Positions 43,921 to 51,722 of a DNA stretch of 61,185 bases are shown in pieces. Below the pieces are notes generated by a model. The model ran no database searches, had not been told where the DNA came from, and saw nothing but the letters and a program-made list of their open reading frames with translations. The position numbers and the translations under genes were made by a program. The stretch spans positions 1-61,185 of the IMG/VR virus record IMGVR_UViG_3300010373_000049; one strand, given 5' to 3'. Numbering within the stretch: the stretch's first letter is position 1; every line of letters starts with the position of its first letter. Source of the DNA: a virus. Its lineage: Duplodnaviria; Caudoviricetes.

Positions 43921-45965
43921 CCACTTTGTTGCAGTCCCCGACCCTGTTGAACCCTGGGGTTGTGGATAGTCAGTTGGCCGCGTATGTACCCCGTTACAAG
44001 ACGGCTCTGATCGACATTTGCACCGACTTCGGGGTGACCCCTGGCAGCGATCTGACCACCGAGATGCAGTCGGCCATCAACCAACTCAACACAGCGGGCG
44101 TTTCGGGCGAAATCTTCTTCTCTCGGCCTGGCACCTACGGTGTGGATGGAGCAATCCAGTCTGGGTCGGGGGGTGGCTCGTCATGGGCAGGGCAAATCCT
44201 CTTTCCCGCTCTTGACAGTTCGACGCCTGGCGTGGGCATCGCAATCCGAGGGATAGGGCGCCCCTCGGCGTTCGACGGCTCGGGGATCGTCGGCAAGGGC
44301 GTCATCCTGCAAAGCACCGCCACGTCAGGGGCCGTTTTTGCGGTCAAGGCTCCTGGAACGGGCCTTCATCCGAGTGCGTCCGAGTTTTATCCGTCTTTCG
44401 ACAGCCTGGTCATTGAGTGCGCTACGGGAGGGAGCGCCATCGACCTGCTCAACGCCAACGCCGCGGGCCTGAACGAAATCGTCCTCAAAAACTCCTACCA
44501 CCCAGGCGACAGTTCCTTCGGCCTGCAACTACCCCAAGCCAACGTGGGCGACTGGTACACCGTAAACAACCTCATGGTCTACGGATTCGGCAGCAGCGCA
44601 GTCATAACGGAGTGCGCCAAGTTCAGGGGGGTGTTCCTCACCGAGGGTGGCGACGTGTCGGTTCTGTGCAACGGTGGCGGGGACAACATTATCGAGTATC
44701 TGAACGCACAGACGACGACCGTGTTCAGCGCGGCGCACCTCACATCGCTGGTCGCCAATGTGCTGTGGCAACCAGGTTGCGGTCAGCTGATCGACGACCC
44801 GGCCACGCAACTGATGGGCACTATCCGCCTGTGGTATGGCGATTATGCCTTCCCTGGGCAACACCAAGGACCACCATCTGTCGTCGGTGGCGCGGGGGCA
44901 CTGGGATCTTCTGCGGTCAACGCCGGCTGGTTGGGCGAGCCAAGCTCTCGGGACCGCCATCCGAGTGACACCTTCTCCCGCATCGTTGCCGCCCCCACTT
45001 CTAGCGGATATCCAGGGCTTTGCTCGGAGACACTGCACTCCTGGCGGACGACCCAGGGCGGCTTCAATGTCATCCAGCCGAATGGGTACGGCACTGACGG
45101 CGTTGGCGGCTACAAGGGGCCAGGGAACCTGTTCTCCACGACTTCGGGCGGTCAGGCCCAGGCGATGGTGCGGACCCTCGATGGCGACAGGGGCGGGCGG
45201 TCCAGGGTTGTCAGCGGCACCTTCACCTTGGCAGGAGGCGCTCCCCGTCCTGGACTGATATGCCACTCCGTTTACGGCGGCTCCAATAGTCTGCAAGCCA
45301 TCCAGACGCAGTTGATCGGAGGCACCCTTTACCTACAGGTCGGGGTGGGCGGCGGAACCGTGACCAGCGTGGGGACAAGCCTGGTGGCGGGCGACACCTT
45401 CACCCTTTCACTGGCCGTCACCATCGGAGCCGACAAACTGCCGACCAGGGCGCAACTCATCCTCAACGGCGAACGAGTGCTCGACCACTGGCTGACCGCA
45501 GCACAGCGCAACGCCTTCACTGGTGGCAGCTACCCATTCTTCGAGGACGGTCTGTTCTTCTACGCCGACACGTCGAGCTACTGCTCGGGTTTCATAGTGA
45601 CCGACCTGGCCGACGAGGAAGCTGCAACGTCCCGCACGGCAACTGCTGCCATAGCCCAATCTGGCGGGGGGACGATCACCCCCGACGCGAACGCTGGCAC
45701 GTGGCAGACGATCACCGTGGCCGACGCCACCGCCTTCACCATCGCGGCGGCCACCAATCCTCCGTTCACGTCCGTCACTCAGCGGCTCACGATTGAGGTT
45801 TTCAACAACTCGGGCGGAGCGATGGGGGCTGTCACGTGGAACGCTGCCTACGTGTTCGCTGGCCTCGCTTGGACGAACCCAGCCACGGGCAAACGGCGGT
45901 ACGCCGAGTTCGAGTGGAATGGCACCGAATGGGTCTGTAAAGCGATAGCGGGAGCCGACTACTGA
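43917..45965 (+). CDS. tailspike-like protein (beta-helix/pectin-lyase-like N-terminus, lectin-like middle)
   Basis: DFG..D.T..Q.AI..G.IFF..G.Y..I.G.G..L start typical of beta-helix depolymerases. Confidence 0.6.
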   Translation: MTTLLQSPTLLNPGVVDSQLAAYVPRYKTALIDICTDFGVTPGSDLTTEMQSAINQLNTAGVSGEIFFSRPGTYGVDGAIQSGSGGGSSWAGQILFPALDSSTPGVGIAIRGIGRPSAFDGSGIVGKGVILQSTATSGAVFAVKAPGTGLHPSASEFYPSFDSLVIECATGGSAIDLLNANAAGLNEIVLKNSYHPGDSSFGLQLPQANVGDWYTVNNLMVYGFGSSAVITECAKFRGVFLTEGGDVSVLCNGGGDNIIEYLNAQTTTVFSAAHLTSLVANVLWQPGCGQLIDDPATQLMGTIRLWYGDYAFPGQHQGPPSVVGGAGALGSSAVNAGWLGEPSSRDRHPSDTFSRIVAAPTSSGYPGLCSETLHSWRTTQGGFNVIQPNGYGTDGVGGYKGPGNLFSTTSGGQAQAMVRTLDGDRGGRSRVVSGTFTLAGGAPRPGLICHSVYGGSNSLQAIQTQLIGGTLYLQVGVGGGTVTSVGTSLVAGDTFTLSLAVTIGADKLPTRAQLILNGERVLDHWLTAAQRNAFTGGSYPFFEDGLFFYADTSSYCSGFIVTDLADEEAATSRTATAAIAQSGGGTITPDANAGTWQTITVADATAFTIAAATNPPFTSVTQRLTIEVFNNSGGAMGAVTWNAAYVFAGLAWTNPATGKRRYAEFEWNGTEWVCKAIAGADY

Positions 45966-46042
45966 TGGGCCACATAATGTCGGTTACGTCCACGGGCTAG
46001 CACCGTTTCTGCTGGGGGGCAAGAAAGTCGACCTGATGTCCG

Positions 46043-46507
46043 GTGCCCCGCTGGTTCGCCGCGCTCCTGATTCCGATCCTCGGGTGTACCCCGGCGACGT
46101 TGTTCCACGTGCGGTGGGTTCGACCTGTGCCCCACGTGGTCCCCGAAGTCCAAGTTCCGACGACGACGACGACGGTTCCTGCGACCACCACCACGGTCCA
46201 CGTGCCCCACGTCAACCACGTGGCACCGAGAAGACCGCGACCTCAACCTCAGCGTTACACGTGCACCAACGCGTTCGCCTACCTGGCCACCCATTCGGCG
46301 CCCGGTTTCGGTTACGTCTGCCCCGGCTGGGCTGAGGGCCACCAGGCGATGACGTGCATCGACCTTCCCGGTGTCTGCCCGGACGAGAAACTGATAATCA
46401 TCGCTGTCGTCTGCCCGGCGTCGGTCGCGAACGAGGCGAACAACTCTTGGGTACTCACCGGCCTGCGCGCTGGCAGTATCGACCCTTACGGTGACTGCCC
46501 CGGTTGA
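46043..46507 (+). CDS. secreted/lipoprotein-like protein with Thr linker and 6-Cys domain
   Basis: signal-like N-terminus ending ILGC; PTTTTTVP linker; C-terminal NEA.N..IDPYG.C. Confidence 0.55.
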   Translation: MPRWFAALLIPILGCTPATLFHVRWVRPVPHVVPEVQVPTTTTTVPATTTTVHVPHVNHVAPRRPRPQPQRYTCTNAFAYLATHSAPGFGYVCPGWAEGHQAMTCIDLPGVCPDEKLIIIAVVCPASVANEANNSWVLTGLRAGSIDPYGDCPG

Positions 46508-46522
46508 CCCACAGTTTCATTC

Positions 46523-46568
46523 CCCCCACCCGTCTTGTCCCACGTGGCACGCGGGTGGGGGCCTTTTT
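46523..46568 (+). terminator. intrinsic terminator
   Basis: stem CCCCCACCCG/CGGGTGGGGG followed by CCTTTTT. Confidence 0.65.
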
Positions 46569-46579
46569 CGTTCCGGCTT

Positions 46580-46960
46580 CCCGTATCGCTACCCGTATTT
46601 CCCGTGAAAACAGGCGGACTCCCTGAAACCGCACCCCCTTTTACCTGCGGTTATGCGGACCACGTGTGCCGGGCGTAAGCGTGGAAGCCCACTCATAATC
46701 CTTTGGTCGTGGGTTCGATCCCCACCGGGCCCACCAGGTAGACGGCGGTTTTTGGGGTTCACCGGCTAGGCTTTCCCCAAACGATACCCGTATTTCGGAT
46801 CGAGGCGTGCGGCACGTGGGACGAAAACGCAAGGTGGACACCGACCTCCCGGAAGGGATCAGGCGTGGCAAAACGCCCGGCACCCTGGAGGTCCGGGTGT
46901 CCCTACCGCCGGCCACGGGGGCGGACGGGAAGCGCCGGGCGCGCGAAGTTACCCGTATCG
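46580..46960. repeat. integrase arm-type-like direct repeats (TA)CCCGTAT
   Basis: CCCGTATC 46580, TACCCGTATTTC 46590 and 46785, TACCCGTATCG 46950, on both sides of the att core. Confidence 0.6.
46691..46736 (+). other. attP core: 3' half of a tRNA with CAT anticodon (probably tRNA-Ile2, possibly Met)
   Basis: ACTCATAATCCTTTGGTCGTGGGTTCGATCCCCACCGGGCCCACCA: anticodon loop, perfect T arm, CCA; 5' half absent; 70 bp upstream of integrase. Confidence 0.85.
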
Positions 46961-47994
46961 TCCACGGCGGGATACGGGAAGCGAAGGCCGTCCGGGCTGC
47001 GATGCTCACCAAACGGGACCTCCAGTCGGGGTCGGACGGGTCGCTCACCCGCCAGGTCAGCCGGTGGATCGACTCGATCGAGGCCGACCATTCCCCGAAC
47101 ACGATCAAGAACTACCGGGGGTACCTGCGCCGCTACATCGCCCCGGAGGTCGGCACGTGGAAACTGCACCGTGTCACCACCAGGGGTTTGGACGACTTCT
47201 ACGCCGGCCTGCACCGCAAAGGGTTGTCCCCGGCGACGGTCCGCCAGTGCCATTCGATTATCCGCAAAGCGTTGAGCGAGGCTGTCAGGCAGGGGGAACT
47301 GGGCGCCAACCCGGCGACCAACGCCCGCATCCCACGTTTGGACCCCCGCGAGATCGAACCGCCCGACCCGGCCCTGTACCAGCGGATCTACGACCAGGCT
47401 TGCGCCCGGCGCGACGGGGACATGACCTTGGCGACGTTCATCCGCACCGCGGCGGGGACCGGGGCCCGGCGCGCGGAGGTGTGCGGGCTGAGACTGTCCG
47501 ACATTGACGCCACCGGCCAGTCGCTACTGATAGCCCGGGCGATCGTTGACCACGACGGCAAGCTCGAGGCTAGGACCACGAAGTCGAAGAAACCGCGGCG
47601 GATAGCGGTCGACCCGATCGTCGCCGACTCGCTGACCGCCCAGATCCGTTACATGCACAACCGGGCCCGTTCGGTCGGTGTCGACCTGGCCCCCGACGCC
47701 TACGTTTTCTCCGACGAGCTGGACGGGTCGGTGCCGTGGCGCCCGGACCGGGTGTCGTTGGCGTTCTACCGGTTGTGCCGGACCCTGGGGGTGAAGGTCA
47801 GGTTGCACGACCTGCGCCACATGCACGCCACCCAGCTTCTTTCCCTCGGCTACGACGTGCGAACCGTGTCCGGTCGCCTGGGTCACGCCCAGCCCGCGGT
47901 CACGTTGAACGTGTACGCCCATTTCGTCCCGGCGGCGGACCGGGCCGCGGCGGACGCTCTGGCGGGGGTGTTGCACACCCCGGCGCTGCCCTAG
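46807..47994 (+). CDS. int: tyrosine integrase
   Basis: TGARRAEVCGL, LHDLRH, LGH...TLNVYAH catalytic R-H-R-H-Y; SAM-like core-binding domain. Confidence 0.95.
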   Translation: MRHVGRKRKVDTDLPEGIRRGKTPGTLEVRVSLPPATGADGKRRAREVTRIVHGGIREAKAVRAAMLTKRDLQSGSDGSLTRQVSRWIDSIEADHSPNTIKNYRGYLRRYIAPEVGTWKLHRVTTRGLDDFYAGLHRKGLSPATVRQCHSIIRKALSEAVRQGELGANPATNARIPRLDPREIEPPDPALYQRIYDQACARRDGDMTLATFIRTAAGTGARRAEVCGLRLSDIDATGQSLLIARAIVDHDGKLEARTTKSKKPRRIAVDPIVADSLTAQIRYMHNRARSVGVDLAPDAYVFSDELDGSVPWRPDRVSLAFYRLCRTLGVKVRLHDLRHMHATQLLSLGYDVRTVSGRLGHAQPAVTLNVYAHFVPAADRAAADALAGVLHTPALP

Positions 47995-48200
47995 TCGGGT
48001 TGGCGGGAGCGGCGTTCGTCGTCTATCTCACGGGCCGAGTCGATGATCTCTTTCGCCCAGCGGGGATTGCGCAGCATGGCACGTGCGAACGCCTCGACCA
48101 ACCCGGACCCGGTGATCCCGTGGCGGCGCAGGAACCGTCTGAGCGCCCTGTTGGTGTCCTCGTCCAAACTAGCCGCCAGTACCGGCCTTCCGGTCCCCAT
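47991..48200 (-). CDS. ribbon-helix-helix-like small regulator
   Basis: strand then two helices (VLAASLDEDT..L..F..HGIT.S.LVEA); GGAGG RBS. Confidence 0.5.
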   Translation of the reverse strand: MGTGRPVLAASLDEDTNRALRRFLRRHGITGSGLVEAFARAMLRNPRWAKEIIDSAREIDDERRSRQPD

Positions 48201-48494
48201 CGCCCCTCCACCTTGCCCCCTCCGACTGGTTGCCCCTGGTCTTACCTGCTCTGTAGAGCAGTTGAGCGGAAGTTGACGAAAACTGTCTTCACGCGTGCCA
48301 CCAGTTGTGGCACGATGGGGTCACCGACCGTTGCCTGTCCCACGTGACCTGTACCGTTCGGGGGCGGGATTTGAGGTACGAGCACCGGGAGGCAAAACCA
48401 GTGGACAGAACCGACTGGCAGCAGGCAACGGACACCGTGGAGGGCCTGCTGGCCGAGATCGCGCGGCTCCGGCAGGAAGTGGCGTACCACATGG

Positions 48495-48869
48495 CTACGT
48501 GTTGCCGCCACCGTGACGGGATTTCTTTAATCCCGCTACCTCTTCCTTCAGAGCCTCTAGTTCTGTCGTAGCACGCTCCATCAGGTCCACAAGGCGGTCC
48601 ATCTCCTCCCGGGAAGGGGGGCGCCTCGCCTCTTCTTGGAGGTATTTCTGGCGTGCGATGGCGTTGAGGACCTTCGAGGGGGTCATGCCGAGCAGCTCGG
48701 CGAGTTCGTCGGCCCGGAACTCCTCGGGGGTGGACTCGCCGGTTCGCCACCGGCTGACGGTCGCGTCGGACACCTTCAGGGCGCGTGCCATGGCGGCCTG
48801 GGAGCGGCCGGGTTTGGACAGCCACCGGTCGATCAGTTCGTATATCAGCACGTCGCCTGTCTTACCCAT
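48495..48869 (-). CDS. immunity repressor (XRE HTH)
   Basis: SQAAMARALKVSDATVSRWRTGESTP; divergent from Cro-like gene. Confidence 0.75.
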   Translation of the reverse strand: MGKTGDVLIYELIDRWLSKPGRSQAAMARALKVSDATVSRWRTGESTPEEFRADELAELLGMTPSKVLNAIARQKYLQEEARRPPSREEMDRLVDLMERATTELEALKEEVAGLKKSRHGGGNT

Positions 48870-48871
48870 TC

Positions 48872-48999
48872 CGTAAGTAACTATGGCACAGGTCGTCCAC
48901 ACCCTGCTTACTTTTCACGAAAGGTTGTACTTTCGGCCATGTGGTTTTACAAAAACCCTGGTCAAACCCCTTGACTCTTGCGTAAGTAACGTGCAAGAT
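48872..48999. promoter_or_regulatory. divergent promoter/operator region of the genetic switch
   Basis: CGTAAGTAAC at 48872 and 48981; TTGACT(48971)-17 nt-CAAGAT; locally AT-rich. Confidence 0.6.
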
Positions 49000-49006
49000 G
49001 GGGGGC

Positions 49007-49228
49007 GTGGACGAAACGCTCCGCACGTGGGGGACGAATATCCGGCAAGTTCGGAAGGCCCTGGGGTTCACCCAGGAGCGCCTCGCCGATCTCGTCGGGG
49101 TCAAACACCCGACCGTCTGCCGGTGGGAGAAAGGCCAGATTGAGCCTCGCCGCCAGCACAAGGCGGCGATAGCCAAAGCCCTCCACGTGGACATGAACCT
49201 CCTGTTCCCTCAGATGAGGGCGGAGTGA
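49007..49228 (+). CDS. Cro-like XRE HTH protein, probably leaderless
   Basis: IRQVRKALGFTQERLADLVGVKHPTVCRWEKG; GTG 7 nt after -10 (ORF track start 48998). Confidence 0.8.
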   Translation: MDETLRTWGTNIRQVRKALGFTQERLADLVGVKHPTVCRWEKGQIEPRRQHKAAIAKALHVDMNLLFPQMRAE

Positions 49229-49419
49229 TGACCGTCGCGACGTACTCCGTGGCCGAACTGGCCGACCTGACCGCCGCGGGCAAGACGACGATCTACCTGG
49301 AGCTGGAGACGACCGGGGAAGTGTTCGGGGTGAAGGCCCTGAAGATCCGTTCCCGGTGGCTGATCCCGCGCGCCCCGATAGATCGCATGTTGGGGATCGA
49401 AGCCCGGGAGGCGTCGTGA
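49225..49419 (+). CDS. excisionase-like HTH_17 protein
   Basis: YSVAELADL...TTIY..KI..RWLIPR..IDRML. Confidence 0.7.
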   Translation: MMTVATYSVAELADLTAAGKTTIYLELETTGEVFGVKALKIRSRWLIPRAPIDRMLGIEAREAS

Positions 49420-49730
49420 CCCTCCGTCGCAGCAAACGAACTTACGGCGGGCAACGGACCGAGGGGTACCAGCGGCCGATAGACGGCAATCCGCTGAGGG
49501 TTCGTCTTCGTGGCAGCGGCGAACCGTGGGACGTACGCACGTGGGCTGCACGCGGCCGTCGACCTCTCGTCCAGTGCCAGAAGTGTGGCGCCAAGGGGAC
49601 CGCTTATGTCAGCGATGGCGGGGGCCAGGTCGATATCACATTGCCGTCGGTTCACGGTGTCGGCTGGGATCGCCTGCACGCTGGTTGCGGTGGACGGTTC
49701 GCGTTGTACGACACAGGTGGGACTTCGTGA
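49416..49730 (+). CDS. hypothetical Zn-ribbon protein
   Basis: QCQKCG...HAGCGG; GTGA-coupled. Confidence 0.45.
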   Translation: MTLRRSKRTYGGQRTEGYQRPIDGNPLRVRLRGSGEPWDVRTWAARGRRPLVQCQKCGAKGTAYVSDGGGQVDITLPSVHGVGWDRLHAGCGGRFALYDTGGTS

Positions 49731-49966
49731 GTCCGTCTCACAACCTGCTTGCGAGTGCCGCCGGTCGGCGACAGGTGAAGAACGCCCGCAGGCTGGTGCT
49801 CGCCCAGTGTTCCACGTGCGGCGCGAAAGCGTCGGTGATGGTCAACGGGTTCGGACGGTTGGTGTCGTCCAATCTGCCCGTTGTCGAAAAGTCGCAAGGA
49901 CTGTTCCACGCATCTTGCAAACACGGTCGGCTGGAGTTCTTCGACCTTGGTGGCCCACGTGCCTAG
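49727..49966 (+). CDS. hypothetical Zn-ribbon protein
   Basis: QCSTCG...HASC; similar layout to preceding gene. Confidence 0.45.
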   Translation: MSPSHNLLASAAGRRQVKNARRLVLAQCSTCGAKASVMVNGFGRLVSSNLPVVEKSQGLFHASCKHGRLEFFDLGGPRA

Positions 49967-50603
49967 ACCGGCGCCTGTGATGGCCGACGAGTTGTACCGG
50001 GTCCTCACCGACCTGGGGGTTGAAGTTCGTGGCACGCGCGGCGGGGGAAGGCTCGTGGCGGTCATAGACGGGACGGAGGTTCCGATCCCACGCCCGCAGC
50101 GCAAACGGGACGTGCCACCACACGTGCTTACCGCCGTGGCGCGCGCCGGGGGGTTCACGTCGTACTCCGAGTTCCGCGGGTCACTGTTGAACCGTCCGGG
50201 GGTGAAAGCCGGGAAGCTCGCAGGCAAAGTCGAGGGCCACGTGTCCGGGGTGTCCAAGGCGGACTGTTTGGCGGCGTGCGCCGCGTTGTCGGATCGTGCG
50301 GGTGCGGTGCGGTCGTGGGTTCGCAACGGGTCGCACGACCCCGACACCTACCGCAAAGTCGTGCAAGCAGTAACGGTGGCTTTGGGTGAGCTGTCCGCGT
50401 GGCCCCCGGAGGGTGGCACGTGGGAGTCACCCGACGACACCAAGTTCCGTCCGGTCCAAACGGATTCGGTGCTCAACGGTGTGGCACGTGCAACAGGGTT
50501 GGCGGCGCGTGCGGTGAGGCGGCGGGAAACGATGACCCGCTGGCAGCACGACGAGGCGTCCCAACAAAACAAGGAGGGGGTCAATGGCTCTACTACAGGT
50601 TGA
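49959..50603 (+). CDS. hypothetical protein, HicA-like N-terminus possible
   Basis: L..LG.EV..RGG..VPIP..DVP...L.AV; GTG in CACGTG. Confidence 0.4.
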   Translation: MPRPAPVMADELYRVLTDLGVEVRGTRGGGRLVAVIDGTEVPIPRPQRKRDVPPHVLTAVARAGGFTSYSEFRGSLLNRPGVKAGKLAGKVEGHVSGVSKADCLAACAALSDRAGAVRSWVRNGSHDPDTYRKVVQAVTVALGELSAWPPEGGTWESPDDTKFRPVQTDSVLNGVARATGLAARAVRRRETMTRWQHDEASQQNKEGVNGSTTG

Positions 50604-50805
50604 GGACTGTCGGCAGGTGCAATCCGATGCACGACTGCTGATGTTGAAAGAGACCGCGGAACAACTGTTGGAAGCCGCGGAGCACGTGACCCGTCTGGTC
50701 CACGTGGACCATGAGTGCGACATTTCGTTGCGCCTGATCCACGACCAGGCCGGGTGGTTGGCAGCAAGGCTGGGGCACAACGCAGAAGTCGGGGCCACGT
50801 CGTGA
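50584..50805 (+). CDS. small hypothetical protein
   Basis: AAGGAGG RBS; GTGA-coupled to next gene. Confidence 0.5.
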   Translation: MALLQVEDCRQVQSDARLLMLKETAEQLLEAAEHVTRLVHVDHECDISLRLIHDQAGWLAARLGHNAEVGATS

Positions 50806-51722
50806 GCGCCCAGTGCAGGACACAGAAGGAACTGGACATCGCGATCAAGAAGGGTGTCGCGTACATAGACCTGGTGGGCGGGGGCGACTTCACGGTCACG
50901 GCGTGCGACTCGTCCACGGTCAGGGCGTGCGGCTCGTCCACGGTCAGGGCGTACGGCTCGTCCACGGTCAGGGCGTACGACTCGTCCACGGTCAGGGCGT
51001 ACGACTCGTCCACGGTCACGGCGTACGACTCGTCCACGGTCAGGGCGTGCGGCTCGTCCACGGTCACGGCGTGCGGCTCGTCCACGGTCACGGCGTGCGA
51101 CTCGTCCACGGTCACGGCGTACGACTCGTCCACGGTCACGGCGTACGACTCGTCCACGGTCACGGCGTACGACTCGTCCACGGTCACGGCGTACGGCTCG
51201 TCCACGGTCAGGGCGTACGACTCGTCCACGGTCAGGGCGTACGGCTCGTCCACGGTCAGGGCGTACGACTCGTCCACGGTCACGGCCACCAAGTTTGTAC
51301 CCGTACAGGATCACGGCCCGAACACCAAGATCACGGGCGGGATACTCATCTCGATTCGGCGTGCCGAAACCCCGGCGGATTGGTGCGAGTTCTACGGGGT
51401 TCACGTGGCCCGCGGTATCGCCACCCTGTTCAAGGCGGTCGAGGACGACTGGAAGGGCACCAACAAGCACCCCGGCATCACTTATGAACCCGGTTCCAAG
51501 CCTGAAGCACCCGACTGGAACCCGACCGCGACCTGCGGGAAGGGGCTGCATTTGTCGCCCCGCCCGTTCATGGCATTGTGGTACTGCCCGAACGCCACCC
51601 GGTATGTGGCGTGCCCTGTGCGCATGTCCGAGATGGTGCTTCTTGACGACAAAGTGAAAGTTCGCCGGTTGGCGAAGCCGACGTTCGAGGTTGACATCGA
51701 CGGGGAGCCGGTGGCGTCGTGA
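50802..51722 (+). CDS. octapeptide-repeat protein with C-terminal DUF7666-like domain
   Basis: 16 TV(T/R)A(C/Y)(D/G)SS repeats; LFKAV..Y.PG..CG.GLH.SP.P..A..Y..K.K. Confidence 0.75.
   Translation: MSAQCRTQKELDIAIKKGVAYIDLVGGGDFTVTACDSSTVRACGSSTVRAYGSSTVRAYDSSTVRAYDSSTVTAYDSSTVRACGSSTVTACGSSTVTACDSSTVTAYDSSTVTAYDSSTVTAYDSSTVTAYGSSTVRAYDSSTVRAYGSSTVRAYDSSTVTATKFVPVQDHGPNTKITGGILISIRRAETPADWCEFYGVHVARGIATLFKAVEDDWKGTNKHPGITYEPGSKPEAPDWNPTATCGKGLHLSPRPFMALWYCPNATRYVACPVRMSEMVLLDDKVKVRRLAKPTFEVDIDGEPVAS
50892..51286 (+). repeat. 24-bp coding tandem repeat, 16 full units plus a partial
   Basis: unit ACGGTCA(C/G)GGCGT(A/G)CG(A/G)CTCGTCC. Confidence 0.95.

Noticed and set aside
46660-46736. Complete tRNA gene
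   Set aside because: No D arm or 5' acceptor strand, and the anticodon stem does not pair (GCCCA versus TCCTT); it is an att core.
50892-51286. CRISPR array
   Set aside because: Units are contiguous with no unique spacers, are in frame inside a CDS, and no cas operon is present.
50802-51722. Diversity-generating retroelement (A/G variation in repeats)
   Set aside because: No reverse transcriptase motif or TR/VR pair recognised; one variable site is C/G.
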